Positions 28,051 through 32,000 of a stretch of 32,000 nucleotides of DNA are shown piece by piece; the stretch's first letter is position 1; each line of letters starts with the position of its first letter. This DNA comes from Mycobacterium tuberculosis H37Rv (GTDB lineage: Bacteria; Actinomycetota; Actinomycetes; Mycobacteriales; Mycobacteriaceae), in assembly GCF_000195955.2 (NCBI RefSeq), contig NC_000962.3, positions 3,570,001-3,602,000 on the forward strand. The letters run 5' to 3'. The translations under genes were made by a program, and so were the position numbers. The notes below the pieces were generated by a model that was given only the letters and a program-made list of their open reading frames with translations, searched no databases and was not told the origin of the DNA.

Positions 28051-28356
28051 CTAGGGCCCTCCACGGATGATGGTGGTCCGGCGGATCTCTAGCCGAAGAC
28101 GCTCCCGCAAGCCCTCGGGGGCCCTGTCGCCTCGGCACTTGGTCCCGATCAACGCCTTGATCCGTTCCTCGAGCCCGTAATGCCTCAGGCACCCCGGGCA
28201 GGCCTCGAGGTGTCGCCGCAGCCTCTCGCGGGTTTCCGGGGTGCATTCACCGTCAAGCAGGGTCCACACCTCGGCGATCACTTCCGCGCAACCCATGCCG
28301 CCGTGGGAATCGTCGTGGTCCGCGTGCGCATCGGTCGGACCGCAATTTTCGCTCAC
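28051..28356 (-). CDS. rshA: Zinc-associated anti-sigma factor RshA (Rv3221A)
   Basis: 101 aa; ZAS motif RRHLEACPGCLRHYG; GTG start overlapping the upstream stop. Confidence 0.93.
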   Translation of the reverse strand: MSENCGPTDAHADHDDSHGGMGCAEVIAEVWTLLDGECTPETRERLRRHLEACPGCLRHYGLEERIKALIGTKCRGDRAPEGLRERLRLEIRRTTIIRGGP

Positions 28357-28904
28357 TGGTGCACCATCCTTGTGTCGGTGATCTCGGATGGATTGCCGAT
28401 GTAGAGGCGCCGCTGGGTTAGCGCCCCGCGCGCTTGACAGCCGTGATGTCCATCATGAGTTTTGCGGAGTCCGGCGGTTGCCCCGGACGCGCCGACCGTC
28501 GACAGGGCCAAGCGCCGACGAGCGCCGAACGACTCGCCCCGCACGCCGACGCCCAGCCCGAATTGCTGGCCTGCTTGGCCGGCGTCGCCCGCTCCACCGG
28601 CTAGTCCGACAAAGTCACCCACGTCGGGTTCGGTTGGGCGGCAGACAAACAACTCCGCAACGGTGTCTGCGACTTCGCCGGCGACAGCCGCCGAGCCAAC
28701 CTCTAGGCCGCCGACCTGCACAACCGCACCCGAGCCCGCGGCCACGACCACCGGCACGCGGTACGCATCCTCGCCCGCGCCTGGCTTTACGTCATCTGAC
28801 ACCGCTGGCAAGACGGCATCGCTTACGACCCCACCCAACACCGAGCCCTGCAGGCTCTCCTTGACCAAGTTCGCCAAACGGCGGCTTGACACCGGGCTGC
28901 TCAT
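28353..28904 (-). CDS. Rv3222c-type hypothetical ORF, possibly spurious or derived from antisense of a transposase remnant
   Basis: 183 aa open frame filling sigH-rshA with 4-nt overlaps on both sides; low-complexity G/V/A-rich protein, antisense in register to IS110-like coding. Confidence 0.45.
28542..28889 (+). mobile_element. Degenerate C-terminal fragment of an IS110/IS116/IS902-type transposase
   Basis: + strand reads [112 protein letters not shown]. Confidence 0.75.
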
Positions 28905-29551
28905 GACGACACCCCCTCGTGCGCCTGCTCGCCCCTGGCAAACCCCCGATCCCTGGCCACATCGGCTAAAAGACCGCGCAACTGACGTCGGCCGCGATGA
29001 AGCCTCGACATCACGGTGCCGATCGGAGTATCCATGATCTCGGCGATCTCCTTGTAGGGGAAACCTTCGACATCGGCGTAGTAGACCGCCATCCGGAACT
29101 CTTCCGGCAATGCCTGCAGCGCCTCTTTGATCTCGGTGTCCGGCAACGCTTCTAACGCTTCGACTTCAGCCGAGCGCAGCCCGGTCGAGGAATGCTCGGC
29201 GTTGGACGCCAGTTGCCAATCGGTGATCTGCTCGGTCGGATACTCCGCCGGTTGCCGCTGTTTCTTGCGATAGCTGTTGATGTAGGTGTTGGTCAGTATC
29301 CGGTAGAGCCAGGCCTTGAGATTGGTACCGTGCCGGAACGAACGAAATCCCGCATAGGCCTTCACCATCGTCTCCTGGAGCAAGTCCTCGGCGTCGGCCG
29401 GATTGCGCGTCATCCGCAGCGCACCGCCGTACAGCTGGTCCAACAGGGGAATCGCGTCGCGCTCGAAACGCGCGGTCAACTCCTCGTCTGTCTCCTCAGA
29501 CGGCCCAGGCTGCAGACCCGCCGAACCGGTTACACCATCGATGTCGGCCAT
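28901..29551 (-). CDS. sigH: ECF sigma factor SigH (Rv3223c)
   Basis: 216 aa from [12 protein letters not shown] (the track ORF extends 68 aa further upstream); region 2 [21 protein letters not shown], region 4 [27 protein letters not shown]. Confidence 0.94.
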
Positions 29552-29754
29552 CTTGATTAACTGGGTCCCTTCGTTTGCGGTGTCGCCGGACAGCACCGGC
29601 GCGGACACCGGACGTGCGAGCATGCGAGCCAACCGCTTCTCACCCAACAGGCTCGTCGCCGTTGACACCAGACTCCCCTCGTCCCAATGTAGAGGCCGCG
29701 ACCGACACTGTCTGCACCGGTCTGGCCAGCCACGTGGCTGCAGGAACCGAACCA

Positions 29755-29784
29755 ATCAACCGTGTTCGCCAGCGGGTTATTTCC
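29755..29784 (-). promoter_or_regulatory. Candidate autoregulated SigH promoter upstream of sigH
   Basis: Reverse strand GGAAAT (29784-29779) - 18 nt - GTTGAT (29760-29755). Confidence 0.65.
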
Positions 29785-29850
29785 AGCGCTGAATCGCATG
29801 CGGCCTGTCCCGCAGTCCGGTGGAATCGAGCAGGGCGTTAGGGTGACGCC

Positions 29851-30699
29851 ATGTCACTCAACGGCAAGACCATGTTCATCTCTGGCGCCAGTCGCGGTAT
29901 CGGCCTTGCGATCGCCAAGCGGGCCGCGCGCGACGGCGCCAACATTGCCTTGATCGCCAAGACCGCCGAGCCGCATCCAAAGCTGCCAGGCACGGTGTTC
30001 ACGGCCGCCAAGGAACTCGAGGAAGCCGGCGGCCAGGCACTGCCGATCGTCGGGGATATCCGCGACCCGGATGCGGTCGCGTCCGCGGTGGCCACCACCG
30101 TGGAGCAGTTCGGGGGCATCGATATCTGCGTCAACAATGCCTCGGCGATCAACTTAGGGTCCATCACCGAGGTGCCAATGAAGCGTTTCGACCTGATGAA
30201 CGGCATCCAGGTGCGTGGCACCTACGCAGTATCCCAAGCGTGCATTCCCCATATGAAAGGCCGTGAGAACCCGCACATCCTGACGCTGTCCCCGCCGATC
30301 CTGCTGGAGAAGAAGTGGCTGCGGCCGACGGCCTACATGATGGCCAAGTACGGCATGACGCTGTGCGCGCTGGGAATCGCCGAGGAGATGCGCGCCGACG
30401 GCATCGCGTCGAACACGTTGTGGCCACGCACGATGGTGGCCACCGCGGCGGTACAGAACCTGCTGGGCGGCGACGAGGCGATGGCGCGGTCCCGCAAGCC
30501 CGAGGTATACGCCGACGCGGCCTACGTCATCGTCAACAAGCCCGCCACCGAATACACCGGCAAGACGCTGCTGTGCGAGGACGTGCTCGTCGAATCCGGC
30601 GTCACCGACTTGTCGGTCTACGACTGCGTCCCAGGTGCGACGCTCGGCGTCGACCTGTGGGTGGAAGACGCCAACCCGCCGGGGTACCTCCCGGCCTAG
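29851..30699 (+). CDS. Short-chain dehydrogenase/reductase (Rv3224)
   Basis: 282 aa; FISGASRGIGLAIAKRA, NNASAI, YMMAKYG. Confidence 0.93.
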   Translation: MSLNGKTMFISGASRGIGLAIAKRAARDGANIALIAKTAEPHPKLPGTVFTAAKELEEAGGQALPIVGDIRDPDAVASAVATTVEQFGGIDICVNNASAINLGSITEVPMKRFDLMNGIQVRGTYAVSQACIPHMKGRENPHILTLSPPILLEKKWLRPTAYMMAKYGMTLCALGIAEEMRADGIASNTLWPRTMVATAAVQNLLGGDEAMARSRKPEVYADAAYVIVNKPATEYTGKTLLCEDVLVESGVTDLSVYDCVPGATLGVDLWVEDANPPGYLPA

Positions 30700-30701
30700 C
30701 G

Positions 30702-31032
30702 ACAGCAAAACCCTGATCCTCGAGTTGCCCGACGAGCGGGCCGTCGCGATCGTGCCGGTGCCGTCGAAGTTGTCGCTGAAGGCGGCCGGCGGCCCTAGGG
30801 GTGCCCAAAGCGGCCATGGCTAAACCCGCTGCCGCCGAACAAGCCACCGGCTACGTGGTCGGCGGCATCTCCCCGTTCGGTCAGCGCAAGCGGCTGCGGA
30901 CCGTGGTCGATGTGTCGGCCTTGAGCTGGGACCGGGTACTGCGGTGCCGGCAAACGGCATTGGGCCGTCACGGTGGCCCCGCCGGACCTGATCACCTTGA
31001 TCAGCGCGATCATCGCTAACATCCGGGCCTAG
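30702..31032 (+). pseudogene. Degenerate YbaK/EbsC (aminoacyl-tRNA deacylase family) gene, N-terminus missing and frameshifted (Rv3224A/Rv3224B region)
   Basis: Frame A SKTLILELPDERAVAIVPVPSKLSLKAAGG; frame B LGVPKAAMAKPAAAEQATGYVVGGISPFGQRKRLRTVVD; frame C DLITLISAIIANIRA*. Confidence 0.85.
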
Positions 31033-32000
31033 CGCCGTACCGGAAATCGGCGAGGACTTCACCGATGGCGTAGCGCGCGCTGGCCGCCAGCGGCGGGTTG
31101 GTGTCTTGGTAGTACGGGAGCGCGATCAAGGCGATGGCCAGAGCTCTGCCGCGCCCGCGCATCCAGTCGTCGTCGGCGGCGCCGACCGCGACGCGGAACT
31201 GAGCACGGGCGGGCGCCGACAGGAGGTTCCACGCGATGATCAAGTCGACGCTGGGGTCACCGACGCCCATCAGACCGAAGTCAATGACGCCCGTCAAGCG
31301 TCCTTGCGCTGTCAGGATGTTGAACCGGGACAGGTCACCGTGGAACCACATCGGCGGCCCCGCATACGGAGGAACGCGTAGGGCTGATTCCCACGCGGCA
31401 GTTGCCGCGTGGACGTCGATGATCCCGTCGAGGGCCGCCAGCGCTGCGCGTACCTCGGCATCCTGCTCCCCCAGCGGCGCACCCCGCTTGGCGGGCGGCC
31501 CGCCCATGGGGTCGGTGGCCCGTAAGGCGGTGATGAAGTCAGCCAGGTCCTCGACGGCCCGATTGGGCTCGACGAACTCGGCTGCCGACGGGTTCTCACC
31601 CGCAACCCAGCGGCACACTGACCACGGCCAACCGAACCCCTCAGCCGGGCTCCCCAACCCCACCGGAACTGGGCTGGCAACGCCTAGATGCGCAGCGATC
31701 CGCGGCAGCCACTGTTGCTCGGTCCGAAGGCTCTCGATGGCCCAGCCAATGCGCGGGATGCGCACGGCCAGGTCCTCGCCTAGCCGGTACATTGCGTTGT
31801 CCGTGCCCGCCGAGCGCACCGGTGCAATGGGTAGATCCGCCCACTGTGGGAATTGTGCACGCAGCAGACGCCGCACCAGATCCTCGTCGATATCCACCTC
31901 ATCGGCGTGCATCTTTGCCCTTAGGACACGTTCGTACCGGTCGAAGACGGTTCCGTCCTGCTCACAGATCCGCCGCACGAAAGCAAAGCCCGCCCGCAAC
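31016..32000 (-). CDS. Aminoglycoside phosphotransferase-like protein (Rv3225c), 5' end beyond the window
   Basis: FHGDLSRFNILTAQGRLTGVIDFGLMGVGDPSVDL phosphotransferase motif; open to the window edge. The H37Rv homologue is longer with a GNAT-type N-terminus. Confidence 0.82.
   Translation of the reverse strand, partial: LRAGFAFVRRICEQDGTVFDRYERVLRAKMHADEVDIDEDLVRRLLRAQFPQWADLPIAPVRSAGTDNAMYRLGEDLAVRIPRIGWAIESLRTEQQWLPRIAAHLGVASPVPVGLGSPAEGFGWPWSVCRWVAGENPSAAEFVEPNRAVEDLADFITALRATDPMGGPPAKRGAPLGEQDAEVRAALAALDGIIDVHAATAAWESALRVPPYAGPPMWFHGDLSRFNILTAQGRLTGVIDFGLMGVGDPSVDLIIAWNLLSAPARAQFRVAVGAADDDWMRGRGRALAIALIALPYYQDTNPPLAASARYAIGEVLADFRYGARPGC

Noticed and set aside
29719-29770. GGAACC...GTT on the + strand as a divergent SigH promoter for the SDR gene
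   Set aside because: The spacer is about 15-16 nt and the context is weak compared with the - strand sigH promoter, so it is not strong enough to list as a feature.

Overview
This 32 kb window is from a Mycobacterium tuberculosis-complex core chromosome and matches the H37Rv gene order around uvrD2 (Rv3198c) to Rv3225c. Assignments come from recognising protein sequences, not from a database search. Recognised loci: uvrD2 (partial), mrx1, nudC, a TrkA-type K+ channel, the adnB/adnA helicase-nuclease pair, lipV, an alkyltransferase-like protein, a TIGR02569-like protein, moeZ/moeB1, a DUF3152 HExxH protein, a TetR regulator, TB9.4, a Thr/Pro-rich MmpS-like protein, a MiaE/ferritin-like protein, the DEAD-box helicase rhlE, a PQQ-like membrane protein, an orphan ParA, gpm2, entC, a split GNAT, a DAGK-domain kinase, whiB1, pdtaS, TB7.3, rshA, Rv3222c, sigH, an SDR, ybaK remnants and a partial APH-type transferase. 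I found no CRISPR array, tRNA/rRNA, phage, or obvious new defence system. The best second-look items are: (1) a decayed IS110-type transposase fragment on the + strand inside the sigH-rshA operon, exactly antisense and codon-in-register to annotated-type ORF Rv3222c; (2) a 24-aa ribosomal protein bL37 gene missing from the ORF track; (3) single-base frameshifts splitting lipV and the Rv3216 GNAT; (4) NudC with an altered SQPWPFP motif and no zinc cysteines; (5) a 56-bp tandem repeat ending 9 nt from a lipid-kinase-like start codon; (6) a roughly 26-bp stem between Rv3212 and the parA-like gene; (7) a SigH-like promoter upstream of moeZ; (8) a doubly frameshifted ybaK remnant.
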